64,000 nt of DNA from an uncultured Pseudomonadales bacterium (GTDB lineage Bacteria; Pseudomonadota; Gammaproteobacteria; Pseudomonadales; Pseudohongiellaceae): contig CAJQHM010000001.1 in NCBI GenBank assembly GCA_905478195.1, positions 126 through 64,125 on the forward strand. Reading direction: 5' to 3'. Of this stretch, positions 1 through 10,553 are shown in pieces (within the stretch, counting starts at the first letter, position 1; each line of letters starts with the position of its first letter). The notes beneath the pieces were generated by a model. The model did no database searches. It saw only the letters and a program-made list of their open reading frames with translations, and was not told the DNA's origin. Both the position numbers and the translations under genes were made by a program.

Positions 1-243
1 CCTCCCGTCTAGGCCATCTAATACACCGGCTATCAGAATAGCCCAGCCAGCCTCATTAAAATCGCCAGACATGCCAGCTATCACGGCATAGAAGCCGGAA
101 AACAAAGCACCCAGAGTCAGCATATTCGGGAGTAAGTAGATTCCACGTCGACGCACCTTACGGCCATCTTCGGATACGATCTCCTCATGCTCATCGATTG
201 GCAGCAGGCCCTCGGCCGCTTGGTCTTGCTCTTCTTCGCTCAT
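1..243 (-). CDS. pssA: CDP-diacylglycerol--serine O-phosphatidyltransferase (phosphatidylserine synthase), N-terminal 81 codons; the rest runs off the window
   Basis: Own translation of the minus strand from ATG (complement of 241-243): MSEEEQDQAAEGLLPIDEHEEIVSEDGRKVRRRGIYLLPNMLTLGALFSGFYAVIAGMSGDFNEAGWAILIAGVLDGLDGR. It has a basic RRRGIYLLPN stretch, a TM helix and the DG..DGR start of the CDP-alcohol phosphatidyltransferase motif. It is open-ended, so it is absent from the ORF track. Confidence 0.7.
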   Translation of the reverse strand, partial: MSEEEQDQAAEGLLPIDEHEEIVSEDGRKVRRRGIYLLPNMLTLGALFSGFYAVIAGMSGDFNEAGWAILIAGVLDGLDGR

Positions 244-457
244 GCTATCCCGCTGATCTATCAGTATTTACGAAACTTTGTGATTATACAGGCCTATTTG
301 CGCGCCTGCGGGACTAATTCCGGTCAAAAGATAACATTTTACGCAAGATTGCGGATGCTATATGATCGCGCCTCACTGAAATTAAGTCTTTAGCTCGCTT
401 AAACAGCATCACAAACAGTACATTTAACTAATACGATGAACAGATCGGAGTGGATTC

Positions 458-1927
458 ATGAATTACTTTAATACCTTGCCCCTGCGCCTGCAGTTAGACC
501 AACTGGGCAAATGCCGTTTTATGGACCGTGGCGAGTTTAGCGATGGCGTGAACAAGCTAAATGGCAAAAAGGTAGTTATCGTGGGTTGCGGCGCTCAGGG
601 CCTTAATCAGGGCCTGAACATGCGCGATAGCGGCTTGGATGTTTCCTTCACCTTGCGAGCAGCCGCCATTACCGAAAAGCGTGATTCCTGGAAGAATGCC
701 ACTGAAAACGGTTTCACCGTTGGCACCTACGAAGAACTAATCCCCAGCGCCGACCTGGTACTAAATCTAACGCCGGACAAGCAGCACAGCCCCGTTGTCA
801 GCCAGGTGATGCCTCTTATGAAGGAAGGCGCCTGTCTGGCCTACTCCCACGGCTTCAACATCGTCGAGGAAGGCATGCAGATTCGAGACGACCTTACAGT
901 CGTGATGGTTGCACCGAAGTGCCCAGGCACGGAAGTACGTGAAGAATACAAGCGCGGCTTTGGTGTTCCCACACTAATCGCCGTGCACGCCGAGAACGAT
1001 CCGAAGGGTGAGGGCATGGATATCGCCAAGGCCTATGCGGCGGCAACCGGCGGACATCGCGCAGGCGTACTTGAGTCCTCATTCATCGCAGAAGTGAAAT
1101 CCGACCTAATGGGTGAACAGACTATCCTATGCGGCATGTTGCAGACCGGATCTATCGTCTGTTACGAGAAGATGATCGAGAAAGGTATCGACCCCGGCTA
1201 TGCTTCGAAGCTAATGCAACATGGCTGGGAAGTAGTTGCCGAAGGCCTGAAGCATGGCGGCATTACAAACATGATGGATCGTCTCTCGAATCCCGCAAAA
1301 CTGGTAGCAAATTCTCTAGCGGAAGAACTTAAAACCATTATGGCCCCGCTCTACCAAAAGCACATGGACGATATCATCACTGGAAGCTTTTCCACCGGCA
1401 TGATGGAAGACTGGGCTAATGACGACGCGAAGCTCTTGGGATGGCGCGAAGCGACAACAGAATCCGAATTCGAAAAGTCGGTAGCTGGAGACATGGATAT
1501 TCCTGAGCAGGAATACTATGACAATGGCATCCTTATGGTGGCGATGGTTAAGGCCGGTGTAGAACTTGCTTTTGAAACAATGACCGCAAGCGGCATTATC
1601 GAAGAGTCTGCCTACTACGAATCACTTCACGAAGTACCCCTGATAGCCAACCTGATCGGTCGCAAGAAACTATACGAGATGAACAAGGTGATTTCTGACA
1701 CCGCCGAATACGGTTGCTACTTGTTCTCCCACGCCTGCGTTCCTCTGCTGGAAGACTTCATGAAGACCGTCGACACCGACGTCATTGGCAAGGGTCTGCA
1801 GACTACGGACATGAGCGTTGATAATGCTGAACTGATCAGTGTTAACGATGCAATTCGCTCTCACCCCATCGAGGTTGTTGGCAAGCAGCTACGTAAATAC
1901 ATGACGGCAATGAAGAAATTGGTTTGA
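458..1927 (+). CDS. ilvC: ketol-acid reductoisomerase, long class II form (489 aa)
   Basis: Nearly colinear with E. coli IlvC as I remember it ([82 protein letters not shown]). The length is typical of the class II duplicated knotted domain. Confidence 0.97.
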   Translation: MNYFNTLPLRLQLDQLGKCRFMDRGEFSDGVNKLNGKKVVIVGCGAQGLNQGLNMRDSGLDVSFTLRAAAITEKRDSWKNATENGFTVGTYEELIPSADLVLNLTPDKQHSPVVSQVMPLMKEGACLAYSHGFNIVEEGMQIRDDLTVVMVAPKCPGTEVREEYKRGFGVPTLIAVHAENDPKGEGMDIAKAYAAATGGHRAGVLESSFIAEVKSDLMGEQTILCGMLQTGSIVCYEKMIEKGIDPGYASKLMQHGWEVVAEGLKHGGITNMMDRLSNPAKLVANSLAEELKTIMAPLYQKHMDDIITGSFSTGMMEDWANDDAKLLGWREATTESEFEKSVAGDMDIPEQEYYDNGILMVAMVKAGVELAFETMTASGIIEESAYYESLHEVPLIANLIGRKKLYEMNKVISDTAEYGCYLFSHACVPLLEDFMKTVDTDVIGKGLQTTDMSVDNAELISVNDAIRSHPIEVVGKQLRKYMTAMKKLV

Positions 1928-1955
1928 GGCCAATATTGCTTTGAGCTTAAAAAAG

Positions 1956-1997
1956 CCAGACACAAAAAAAGGGCCTAGGCCCTTTTTTTGTGTCTGG
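1956..1997. terminator. bidirectional rho-independent terminator between convergent ilvC and ilvH
   Basis: Perfect 20-bp inverted repeat ccagacacaaaaaaagggcc / ggccctttttttgtgtctgg with a 2-nt loop. The GC core is flanked by A-runs and T-runs that give a U-tract on either strand. Confidence 0.8.
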
Positions 1998-2018
1998 AAT
2001 AAACCCCATTAAACAAAC

Positions 2019-2510
2019 CTAGAGAGTCAACACCTTCTCGCCTCTGGAAATTCCGGAGACTCCCGTCCTAGCCACTTCTAACACAATACTTTCACCAAGC
2101 GCTGTAATAAACGCATCGAGCTTATCGCTTGTACCTGTTAGCTGTATGCTAAATACACTGTTTGTTAAATCTACAACCTGTCCACGAAATATCTCCGTGG
2201 TTCGAGTTACTTCGGCGCGCTGGGCACCGGTAGCCTTAACCTTTATTAGCATTAGTTCCCGCTCGATATGAGCGCCTTCAGTAAGATCGACCAGTTTGAC
2301 CACATCAACCAGCTTATTCAGATGCTTGGTTATCTGCTCGATTCTTCTCTCATCACCGGTTGTGGTCAGCGTGAGTCGCGAAAGCGATTGATCTTCGGTA
2401 GGCGCAACAGTTAGAGAATCGATGTTGTAATTACGCTGCGAAAACAAACCAACGACTCTCGAGAGAGCGCCCGGTTCGTTTTCCATCAGAACTGAAATTA
2501 TATGTCTCAT
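2019..2510 (-). CDS. ilvH: acetolactate synthase (AHAS III) small regulatory subunit
   Basis: 163 aa with the ACT-domain N-terminus [35 protein letters not shown]. Its start overlaps the ilvI stop by 1 nt (TAATG). Confidence 0.95.
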   Translation of the reverse strand: MRHIISVLMENEPGALSRVVGLFSQRNYNIDSLTVAPTEDQSLSRLTLTTTGDERRIEQITKHLNKLVDVVKLVDLTEGAHIERELMLIKVKATGAQRAEVTRTTEIFRGQVVDLTNSVFSIQLTGTSDKLDAFITALGESIVLEVARTGVSGISRGEKVLTL

Positions 2511-4240
2511 TAGGTTCGCTCCGATTTGCTCAATATCATATCTTTCATTGCGCCGCCCTTGATGGCCATTGGATACACATGCTCTTCCGGGTCTACCAAG
2601 ACATCTACAAATACCAATCTATCTTTCAGGGCAAATGCCTCTTCAAGTTTTGCATTCAACTCTGATTTGTTTTCGATCCTGATACCAACATGGCCATAAG
2701 ATTCCGCCAGTTTGATAAAATCAGGCAATGATTCGGCATAGGTACTGTGCGAATGTCTACCTCCGTACTGCATGTCCTGCCACTGTTTCACCATGCCCAG
2801 AGCACGATTGTTAAGGCAGATTATCTTTATCGGCAATTGGTATTGCATGCAGGTAGCAAGCTCCTGCAGATTCATCTGAAAACTGCCCTCTCCGGTAACA
2901 CAAACGGAAATGGCATCAGGAAACGCAAACTGAATTCCCATAGCCGCCGGGAAGCCAAAACCCATAGTTCCGAGACCTCCTGAGTTAATCCAGCGACGCG
3001 GCTTGTCGAAGCCATAGTATTGAGCCGCAAACATCTGGTGCTGACCCACATCCGAGGAGACGTAGGCATCGCCCTCGGTTATTGCATGCACAGCCTGAAT
3101 GACTTCCTGTGGCTTGATCGTGATGCCGTCTTCGGAAGGCGTGACACCGAGACTGTCCTTCTCTCGCCATTGCGCGATCTGATCCCACCAAACTTTTAAG
3201 GATTTCTCATCAACCTTCTGCTTCGATGCCTTTACTTGTGCAAGCATCTCTTCTAGAACCGAGATCACGGAACCCACGATAGGAACGTCTGCGGAAACAG
3301 TCTTCGAAATAGAGGCTGGATCGATATCAACGTGCAATATAGTTGCATCGGGACAGAATTTCGTCACATCTGAGTTCGTAACACGATCATCAAAACGCAC
3401 GCCTATAGCCAACAAGGCATCGCAATAATGCATCGACATATTCGCCTCGTAGGTACCATGCATACCCAACATACCAACGAACTGCTTATCCGATGCAGGG
3501 TAGGCGCCAAGACCCATCAGTGTGTTAGTAATAGGAAAGCCCAATTCCCGCGTAAGCTCGGTGAGCATTTGGGCGCCTTCACCCTGAATAACCCCGCCAC
3601 CGGCATAGATCATCGGGCGCTTTGCAGCCATTAATACATCTACAGCCTTCTTTATCTGGCCCGAGTGTCCCTTTGCAGGTACTGCATAGGACCTCATTTT
3701 GATATCGACCGGGTAGGCGTAATCGAACTTAACTTTCGGATCGGTTACGTCTTTAGGTAAATCAATAACAACGGGGCCAGGTCGCCCAGTTGAAGCAATA
3801 TGAAAAGCCTTCTTGACGATAAGTGGTATGTCCGCCGCATTCTGCACCATAAAGCTGTGCTTTACGACGGGACGAGAAACACCCACCATATCTGTCTCCT
3901 GAAAGCCGTCGGAACCGATCAGACGGCTCTCAACCTGCCCGGAGATAACTACCATAGGAATAGAATCCATATAGGCTGTCGCTATACCCGTAATCGCATT
4001 CGTCGCACCAGGACCGGAGGTCACTAGCACCACACCAGGCTTGCCTGTGCCACGCGCATAGCCATCGGCAGCATGGGTAGCCGCCTGCTCGTGTCTAACT
4101 AATATGTGTTCGATCTTGTCTTGATTAAAGATCGCATCGTAGATGTGCAATACGGCTCCACCCGGGTAGCCGAATATGATATCTACGCCTTCATCATGCA
4201 GAGCACGTATGAGCGCCTCACCACCAGATAATTGATCCAC
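2510..4240 (-). CDS. ilvI: acetolactate synthase large (catalytic) subunit, ThDP-dependent
   Basis: 576 aa with [17 protein letters not shown] and the ThDP-binding [14 protein letters not shown] ... GEGSFQMN motif. It lies immediately upstream of ilvH. Confidence 0.95.
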   Translation of the reverse strand: MDQLSGGEALIRALHDEGVDIIFGYPGGAVLHIYDAIFNQDKIEHILVRHEQAATHAADGYARGTGKPGVVLVTSGPGATNAITGIATAYMDSIPMVVISGQVESRLIGSDGFQETDMVGVSRPVVKHSFMVQNAADIPLIVKKAFHIASTGRPGPVVIDLPKDVTDPKVKFDYAYPVDIKMRSYAVPAKGHSGQIKKAVDVLMAAKRPMIYAGGGVIQGEGAQMLTELTRELGFPITNTLMGLGAYPASDKQFVGMLGMHGTYEANMSMHYCDALLAIGVRFDDRVTNSDVTKFCPDATILHVDIDPASISKTVSADVPIVGSVISVLEEMLAQVKASKQKVDEKSLKVWWDQIAQWREKDSLGVTPSEDGITIKPQEVIQAVHAITEGDAYVSSDVGQHQMFAAQYYGFDKPRRWINSGGLGTMGFGFPAAMGIQFAFPDAISVCVTGEGSFQMNLQELATCMQYQLPIKIICLNNRALGMVKQWQDMQYGGRHSHSTYAESLPDFIKLAESYGHVGIRIENKSELNAKLEEAFALKDRLVFVDVLVDPEEHVYPMAIKGGAMKDMILSKSERT

Positions 4241-4651
4241 TTTTCATTGCCTCTAAAACGTAAGTCGTCGTAATCCTGCCAATCAAAGACAGGAAAATAA
4301 TGTAATAGCACAACCGGCCAGAGGGCCCGCTGTGTCTCGAATATTATTATGGTTTTGTATAAACAATCCGCATGACGCAGGAAAACCTGTCGATTCTTGC
4401 TTCTTGTCGGCCCCGTGCGCGATAACGTGATAGGGGCTCTTAGGTGGAGGTTTTCTGACACCTAGCTGGCAATCTGCCGATGTGCCGGTTGCGGCGTTTG
4501 CAGATTACTGCAGTAAGACTAGCGGTTGGCCGAATCTCTCTGCTGGAACAAGGCGGGATTTTGCCATTAATTCAAGGAAAGTCAAGCTCTTATGCAGGCG
4601 ACAGCAAGGCATCTAGCGGCCTTGCGGTGCCTGACAAGGAGTAAATAGCGG

Positions 4652-7297
4652 CTATAGCTGTGCTACAGCCGCACTATCGGTGGGGCTGGATTCGCTCTTG
4701 GAGAAGCCCAACTCCCCCTCCGCATTCAGATCTATGGCGATTACATCGCCATCGACGAAGCTTCCCTGCAGCATCTGCTGTGCAAGCGGGTTCTCGATAC
4801 GGTTCTGAATGGTACGCTTCAAGGGGCGCGCTCCGTAGACAGGGTCGTAACCGAGCTCTGCTATCTTGTCGAGCACAGCCTCCGTAACGGTCAGACTTAG
4901 ATCGTTGTCGTGAAGACGTCGATTCAGCAATTCGATCTGTATCTCTGCAATTCCGCGAATCTGTGCTTTCAACAGCGGATGGAACACCACGGTCTCATCG
5001 ATTCGGTTAACGAACTCGGGAGAGAAGTGCTTTACCACCCGCTCCATAACCGCCACCTTTACCGACTCATAAACCTCTTTATCTATAGTTCCCTCTGTAG
5101 CGCCATCGGCCATCATGTCCTGAATTCGGTCAGACCCAAGATTAGATGTCATGACAATGACCGTATTTCTAAAATCTACAGTCCTGCCATGACCATCCGT
5201 TAGGCGACCGTCATCTAATACCTGAAGCAATATATTAAACACATCGGTATGGGCCTTTTCCACTTCGTCTAGCAGCAACACCGAATACGGTCGTCTACGC
5301 ACCGCTTCGGTGAGATAGCCACCCTCTTCATAACCTACATAACCCGGAGGCGCGCCGATTAGTCTCGCAACGGAATGTTGCTCCATAAATTCGGACATAT
5401 CGATACGCACCATGGCCTCTTCCGTGTCGAACAGGAATTCAGCCAGCGCCTTACACAGCTCGGTCTTACCTACGCCCGTTGGCCCAAGAAACAAGAAGGA
5501 TCCATTAGGTCGATTCGGGTCTGACAATCCAGATCTGGATCTGCGCACCGCATTGGCAACCGCTTTAATCGCCTCATTCTGACCGATGACACGCTTGTGC
5601 AACGCATCCTCCATCTCTAACAAACGAAGTTTGTCACCCCGTAACATCTTGCTCACAGGGATACCAGTGGCACGAGAGACCACATCGGCAATCTCTTCTT
5701 CGGTCACGCGGTTACGCAGTAGCTGCTTCTCGCTCGTCTCGACCTCTGCTGCTTCCTCGAGCTTTTTCTCGAGGCCAGGGATCACACCGTATTGAATCTC
5801 TGACATGCGTGCAAGATCACCCGCTCTTTGAGCGAGTTCCATATCGTTGCGGGCCTTCTCAAGATTGCTCTTGATAGCTTGTGAACCCTGCAACGATGCC
5901 TTCTCGGATTTCCAGATATCCTCCAGGTCGGAAAATTCTTTTTCCAATTCTGCGATATCTTCTTCCAGCTTCTCTTTACGCTTTTTGGAAGCAGCATCCT
6001 CGTCCTTCTTCAAGGCCTCGCGTTCCATCTTTAATTGGATCAGTCTTCTCTCCAGGGTATCCATCTCTTCCGGCTTGGAATCGATCTCCATGCGGATCAT
6101 ACTCGCCGCCTCATCAATAAGGTCGATAGCTTTATCGGGCAATTGCCGATCTGTAATATAGCGTTGCGAGAGTTTGGCCGCGGCGATGATCGCCCCGTCT
6201 GAAATATCGACACCGTGGTGAACCTCATATCTTTCTTTTAGGCCACGCAGGATAGCAATCGTATCTTCTTCGCTAGGTTCCTCAACTAACACCTTTTGAA
6301 ACCGACGTTCCAGAGCTGCATCCTTCTCTATATTCTGTCTATACTCGTCGAGTGTCGTCGCTCCGACGCAGTGTAGCTCTCCCCGAGCCAGAGCTGGCTT
6401 CAGCATATTGCCGGCATCCATGGCTCCTTCGCCCTTTCCTGCTCCCACCATGGTATGTAGCTCATCGATAAATAAAATTACCGAGCCCCCGAGTTTGGAA
6501 AGTTCATTGAGAACGCCCTTGAGACGCTCTTCAAATTCTCCCCTAAATTTTGCACCGGCTATCAACGCGCCCATGTCCAGAGATAGCACCTTCTTGTCTT
6601 TTAATCCCTCTGGTACTTCACCGTTTACGATGCGCTGAGCGAGCCCCTCTAGGATCGCGGTCTTACCTACGCCAGGCTCGCCGATAAGAACCGGGTTATT
6701 CTTTGTGCGGCGCTGCAAAACCTGTATGGTGCGCCTGATTTCTGCATCTCGACCGATAACCGGATCCAGCTCGCCTTTTTCAGCGCGCTCGGTTAAATCA
6801 ACACAATATTTTCCCAACGCCTGCCAGGAATCTTCAGCCCCAGCATCGTCAACACTCGCTCCGCCTCGTAAATTAACGATGGCGTTTTCCAGAGCCTGCG
6901 CAGAAACCCCATAGGAATTGAGCAGCTTGCCCACGGCGCCTGAGTCTTTCATGGCAACGAGCAATATAGTCTCGCTAGAAACAAAAGAATCACCTTTTTG
7001 TTGAGCAATCTTATCGGCCTGATTTAGCATCTTTGCCAAATCACTAGACACGGAAATTTCACCGGAACTGTCCGTCAGCTTCGGTAAATCTTCGACCAAA
7101 TTTTGTAGTTTGGTGCGCAGATCGGCCACATCAAAGCCCGTCTGCGAGAGCAGAGGACGCACAGAGCCCCCCTTCTGATCTATCAAAGTCAGGAGCAGAT
7201 GTGAGGGCGCAATAAAATTATTATCGGCGCCCACAGCCATAGATTGCGCGTCGGCCAGAGCCAACTGCAGCTTGCTAGTTAATTTATCGATTCGCAT
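4652..7297 (-). CDS. clpB: ATP-dependent chaperone/disaggregase ClpB
   Basis: Two AAA+ modules (GEPGVGKT and GPTGVGKT Walker A) and a long coiled-coil middle domain. Start chosen at MRIDKLTSK (7297); the ORF-track start at 7333 adds 12 non-conserved residues. Confidence 0.95.
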   Translation of the reverse strand: MRIDKLTSKLQLALADAQSMAVGADNNFIAPSHLLLTLIDQKGGSVRPLLSQTGFDVADLRTKLQNLVEDLPKLTDSSGEISVSSDLAKMLNQADKIAQQKGDSFVSSETILLVAMKDSGAVGKLLNSYGVSAQALENAIVNLRGGASVDDAGAEDSWQALGKYCVDLTERAEKGELDPVIGRDAEIRRTIQVLQRRTKNNPVLIGEPGVGKTAILEGLAQRIVNGEVPEGLKDKKVLSLDMGALIAGAKFRGEFEERLKGVLNELSKLGGSVILFIDELHTMVGAGKGEGAMDAGNMLKPALARGELHCVGATTLDEYRQNIEKDAALERRFQKVLVEEPSEEDTIAILRGLKERYEVHHGVDISDGAIIAAAKLSQRYITDRQLPDKAIDLIDEAASMIRMEIDSKPEEMDTLERRLIQLKMEREALKKDEDAASKKRKEKLEEDIAELEKEFSDLEDIWKSEKASLQGSQAIKSNLEKARNDMELAQRAGDLARMSEIQYGVIPGLEKKLEEAAEVETSEKQLLRNRVTEEEIADVVSRATGIPVSKMLRGDKLRLLEMEDALHKRVIGQNEAIKAVANAVRRSRSGLSDPNRPNGSFLFLGPTGVGKTELCKALAEFLFDTEEAMVRIDMSEFMEQHSVARLIGAPPGYVGYEEGGYLTEAVRRRPYSVLLLDEVEKAHTDVFNILLQVLDDGRLTDGHGRTVDFRNTVIVMTSNLGSDRIQDMMADGATEGTIDKEVYESVKVAVMERVVKHFSPEFVNRIDETVVFHPLLKAQIRGIAEIQIELLNRRLHDNDLSLTVTEAVLDKIAELGYDPVYGARPLKRTIQNRIENPLAQQMLQGSFVDGDVIAIDLNAEGELGFSKSESSPTDSAAVAQL

Positions 7298-7357
7298 AAC
7301 GATCCCATATTTGGGCCACCAAGGCAGGCGCAACTAATAATCTATTCTCTAGGCTAA

Positions 7358-7385
7358 ATAATTGGGTCGCCATGCAGAAATTCAA
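7358..7385 (-). promoter_or_regulatory. candidate sigma-32 (heat-shock) promoter for clpB
   Basis: The minus strand reads agccgTTGAAtttctgcatggcgaCCCAATTATtt: TTGAA, a 14-nt spacer, then CCCAATTAT. The consensus is CTTGAA-N13-15-CCCCATnT. The -10 element ends about 60 nt upstream of the clpB ATG. Confidence 0.45.
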
Positions 7386-7495
7386 CGGCTGGAAAGAAGT
7401 TTTTTACTAGGCTCTATTTGCCCGGAAGGACCTGATATAACCGGCTATAGAGCCAGTCTAGATGATAATTAGAAGCTGGGATATAAGAATTGGAA

Positions 7496-8263
7496 CTAGC
7501 CTTCAATATATATAGCATTGAGCATGCGGCCGGTCACGCCATCGCGCCGATAGGAGAAAAATCGATCCTCATCGCAGTAGGTACAATGAGTGCCGCCGCT
7601 AATATTACTATAGCTAATGCCGAGACGAGATAGCTTGATCCGAGCAATGCCATAGAGATCCGCCATGAATTTCCCATGAGATTTAGCGGGAGAGAAACAA
7701 CGCTCCAACTCATGCTGGCTCGACTCTGAAGTTTCGGCGGCAAGAAAACACTCTCTCACCTCTGCCCCAACCTCAAAATGACAGGAGGCTATTGCAGGCC
7801 CCAACCAGACGGCCAAGTCCTCGCCTGAATTTTCCATAGCCCAAATGGTATTTTCAATGACACCTGACGCCAACCCCTTCCAACCGGCATGAGTCATCGC
7901 AACTTCAGTGCCGTCCAATGCTGCCACGAAAACGGGCAAACAATCAGCCGTCTGCACGCAGCAGATTAGATTCTTCTCTCTCGTTAACAGTCCATCCGCA
8001 GTAAGCGTTGATCCCGGGGCTACGACCTCGAGCACGTCTGCACCATGAACCTGATCCAGCCACTGCCAGCGTAAATCAGGAGGAAGTTCGCTTTGTAGTA
8101 TTGCTCGGTTCGCATCTACACGAGCTAACTCGTCGCCAACATGGGCGCCGACGTTAAAAGAGGCATAGGGCGCAGCACTACTACCGCCTTTTCTTGTGGT
8201 AGACAATGCCACCACCGTACTTGGTGCATTCCAATCAGCGAAAATTAGCTGATCCTCTATCAT
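7496..8263 (-). CDS. pgeF: YfiH/PgeF family (DUF152) purine nucleoside phosphorylase / peptidoglycan editing factor
   Basis: 255 aa with the conserved H-C-H triad contexts QVHGADV, TADCLPVF and HAGWKGL. It overlaps the rluD stop by 4 nt. Confidence 0.85.
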   Translation of the reverse strand: MIEDQLIFADWNAPSTVVALSTTRKGGSSAAPYASFNVGAHVGDELARVDANRAILQSELPPDLRWQWLDQVHGADVLEVVAPGSTLTADGLLTREKNLICCVQTADCLPVFVAALDGTEVAMTHAGWKGLASGVIENTIWAMENSGEDLAVWLGPAIASCHFEVGAEVRECFLAAETSESSQHELERCFSPAKSHGKFMADLYGIARIKLSRLGISYSNISGGTHCTYCDEDRFFSYRRDGVTGRMLNAIYIEG

Positions 8264-9210
8264 GCACCGTCCTGTCGAAGTTGCTCAATAAGCTCAACCA
8301 TGTCCGTTGGAGTGCTTGCCTGCCAACTCATGCGCTCACCACTTGCAGGATGATCCAATTCTAGCTTTCTAGCATGCAGGGCCTGGCGCTTGAATCCACG
8401 CAGGCAGTCGACCATCTTTTTCGAGCAAGCTGACGGCAACTGAAAGCGCCCTCCATATAACTGATCGCCGACGAGGGCGTGATTCAGATATGCCATGTGC
8501 ACACGAATCTGATGCGTCCGCCCGGTCTCCAAATTCACCTGTACATGGGTATGACCACGAAACCGCTCTATTACGCGGTAGTGAGTCACCGCCTCTTGCC
8601 CCATCTCCACTACGGCTCTTTTCTTGCGGTTTACCGGGTGCCTGCCAAGCTCTTTCTCAATAGTCCCACCGCCAGTGAGCACGCCTTGAACTACCGCCTC
8701 ATACTCTCTACTTACGGATCGCTGTTGCAGCTGATCAACCAAATTCGCATGTGCTATCAAACTCTTGGCAACAACCATGAGACCAGTAGTATCCTTATCG
8801 AGTCGATGCACTATACCTGCGCGAGGCAGCTCTTTCTGACTCGGACAGTGATAAAGAAGACCGTTGAGCAATGTCCCCTGCTGATGCCCGGCGGCTGGGT
8901 GCACCACTACATCGGTTGCCTTGTTAATAACCAGCAGATGCTCATCCTCATACACAATACTTAGCGGCATCTCCTGAGCTACCCAGGTTTCTGCGCTTTC
9001 CAATTCTGCCTCTACGATCAGGCAATCCCCTTCCTCCAACTTGTCCCGGGGCCGCAATTGCTTGCCGTTCACCAGCAAGGCACCCTCCCTAATCCAGCTT
9101 TGTAGGCGCGCTCGTGAATATTCGGGAAACAATTTAGCCGCAATTTGGTCTAAGCGATTGCCGGACAACCCTTCGGTGACTTCTGCTTTAAGTGATATAT
9201 GACTTACCAT
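8260..9210 (-). CDS. rluD: 23S rRNA pseudouridine(1911/1915/1917) synthase RluD
   Basis: S4-like N-terminus plus the RluA-family catalytic motif HRLDKDTTGLMVVAK. Start placed at MVSHISLK (9210); the ORF-track ATG at 9276 adds 22 residues. Confidence 0.9.
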   Translation of the reverse strand: MVSHISLKAEVTEGLSGNRLDQIAAKLFPEYSRARLQSWIREGALLVNGKQLRPRDKLEEGDCLIVEAELESAETWVAQEMPLSIVYEDEHLLVINKATDVVVHPAAGHQQGTLLNGLLYHCPSQKELPRAGIVHRLDKDTTGLMVVAKSLIAHANLVDQLQQRSVSREYEAVVQGVLTGGGTIEKELGRHPVNRKKRAVVEMGQEAVTHYRVIERFRGHTHVQVNLETGRTHQIRVHMAYLNHALVGDQLYGGRFQLPSACSKKMVDCLRGFKRQALHARKLELDHPASGERMSWQASTPTDMVELIEQLRQDGA

Positions 9211-9383
9211 GCGCCATGATACTTGATTACGCCGCTGTACACAGCACAGTCCGCTTTCCGCGTGATGGCGAGACATAGCAAAGATTGGGATTGAGACCGG
9301 CGCTGTGGTTAAATAGCGTTTTTACGGCTAGCTACTTGCTGAGCCTCAAAAATACATAATTACATCGAAAAACAGGAAAGGCC

Positions 9384-10367
9384 GTGCGCGTTATAGCTGT
9401 AAAACTACCCCTGACTCTCATGATCTGCCTTTTCCTTGCCGGCTGTGGCTGGTTCAGTAACGAGGAAAGAGATCAATTCGCAGGTCTGACAACCGAAGAG
9501 CAATTTTACCGCCGCGCGCTGGAACAACTTAATTCCTCAAACTTTATAGGCTCGATCGCAACCTATCAGGCATTGGAGTCGCGTTTCCCCTTTGGCCGCT
9601 TCGCCGAGCAGGCCCAGATCGAAATTGTTTATGCCTATTATGGCAATGGGGACGCCGAGGCCTCCAGAGCCGCAGCCGATCGTTTCATTCGACTGCACCC
9701 CGACAGTGAAAATATAGACTACGCCTATTACATGAAGGGCTTGTCCTCGTTTACTGATGACCGCGGATTGATCAATCGATTTCTGCCTGTAGATCCAACC
9801 AAACGAGACCCGGGTCGCGCACGGGAGTCGTTTTCAGATTTCTCCCAACTACTCGCCCTATACCCCGACAGCCCCTATGCCGGAGATGCCAGGGCGCGCA
9901 TGGTATTCCTGCGTAACAATCTCGCAGGCTATGAAGTACACGTAGCAAATTATTATCTGGATCGTCGCGCTTACATTGCAGCGCTGCGGCGCGGTCAGTA
10001 TGTAGTCGAAAATTTTCAAGGCACACCGGCGGTAGCTGATGGCGTAGCAATCATGGTCGAATGCTACCTGCGGCTTGGACTGAATGATCTCGCGGATACC
10101 TCACTGGCGCTGTTGAGAGAAAACTATCCCGATCATGCCTCTATCGACGATGATGGCGAGTTTGTCATTCGCACCGAGATAACTAATCCTTCGCTGCTTT
10201 ACACCGTCTCTTTCGGTCTGGTGGGCGACAATCGGATAGAACCTCCTCTAGCTCCAGCTACCAGACCACAGAATTCTGGCAGTCAGCAGATCATCAATAC
10301 TCAGGTGCAGCCCGGGCAAGAACGCCGCTCATGGCTCAGCATACTTAGCCTTGGCATTTTCAACTAG
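9384..10367 (+). CDS. bamD: outer membrane protein assembly factor BamD (YfiO/ComL)
   Basis: GTG start, lipoprotein signal with lipobox LFLAGCG, and a TPR-like body ([26 protein letters not shown]..). It is divergent from rluD, as in many gammaproteobacteria. Confidence 0.85.
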   Translation: MRVIAVKLPLTLMICLFLAGCGWFSNEERDQFAGLTTEEQFYRRALEQLNSSNFIGSIATYQALESRFPFGRFAEQAQIEIVYAYYGNGDAEASRAAADRFIRLHPDSENIDYAYYMKGLSSFTDDRGLINRFLPVDPTKRDPGRARESFSDFSQLLALYPDSPYAGDARARMVFLRNNLAGYEVHVANYYLDRRAYIAALRRGQYVVENFQGTPAVADGVAIMVECYLRLGLNDLADTSLALLRENYPDHASIDDDGEFVIRTEITNPSLLYTVSFGLVGDNRIEPPLAPATRPQNSGSQQIINTQVQPGQERRSWLSILSLGIFN

Positions 10368-10553
10368 GCCAGTGAATTTGCCCGGTCTAGCTATCTGATG
10401 CAGACCGCTATTCCAAGAAATATTCAGATTTCCACACTTTTCACGTAAATCGAATCCTCAGTCCCGCGTTTCTATAAGAAAGAATGGGTAATAATGGTCA
10501 TTTATTAGCCGATATACAGCAGTAGACCGCCAAAACTTAGCGAACCAAAGACT

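Noticed and set aside
187-393. 68-aa plus-strand ORF in the pssA/ilvC divergent region
   Set aside because: Its first third overlaps the much better supported pssA N-terminus on the other strand. The sequence has no recognisable motif and an odd composition, so it is likely a chance ORF in a promoter region.
4183-4461. 92-aa minus-strand ORF overlapping the ilvI start, plus a hairpin (4309-4334, cacagcgggccctctggccggttgtg on the minus strand) followed by a T-rich stretch that could be an ilv leader/attenuator
   Set aside because: I found no Val/Leu/Ile-rich leader peptide with a credible start. The hairpin has mismatches and a weak U-tract. The ORF runs out of frame into ilvI. This is not enough to call attenuation.
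4604-4625. gcaaggc-N8-gccttgc hairpin about 27 nt downstream of the clpB stop
   Set aside because: It has a 7-bp stem but no following U-tract on the clpB strand. It could be a weak or Rho-assisted terminator, which is not supportable as a feature.
5586-6914. Several 69-104-aa plus-strand ORFs inside clpB
   Set aside because: They are antisense to a strongly supported, motif-rich gene and have Ser/Pro/Arg-rich compositions typical of reverse-frame translation.
8479-8964. 161-aa plus-strand ORF inside rluD
   Set aside because: It is antisense to rluD, has no motifs and shows typical shadow-ORF composition.
10383-10407. Hairpin cggtct-N13-agaccg after bamD resembling ggtctgc-N9-gcagacc after corC (28267-28289); considered as a REP-like repeat family
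   Set aside because: There are only two copies in 64 kb, the stems are short (6-7 bp) and there is no shared loop or flank sequence. That is insufficient to define a repeat family.
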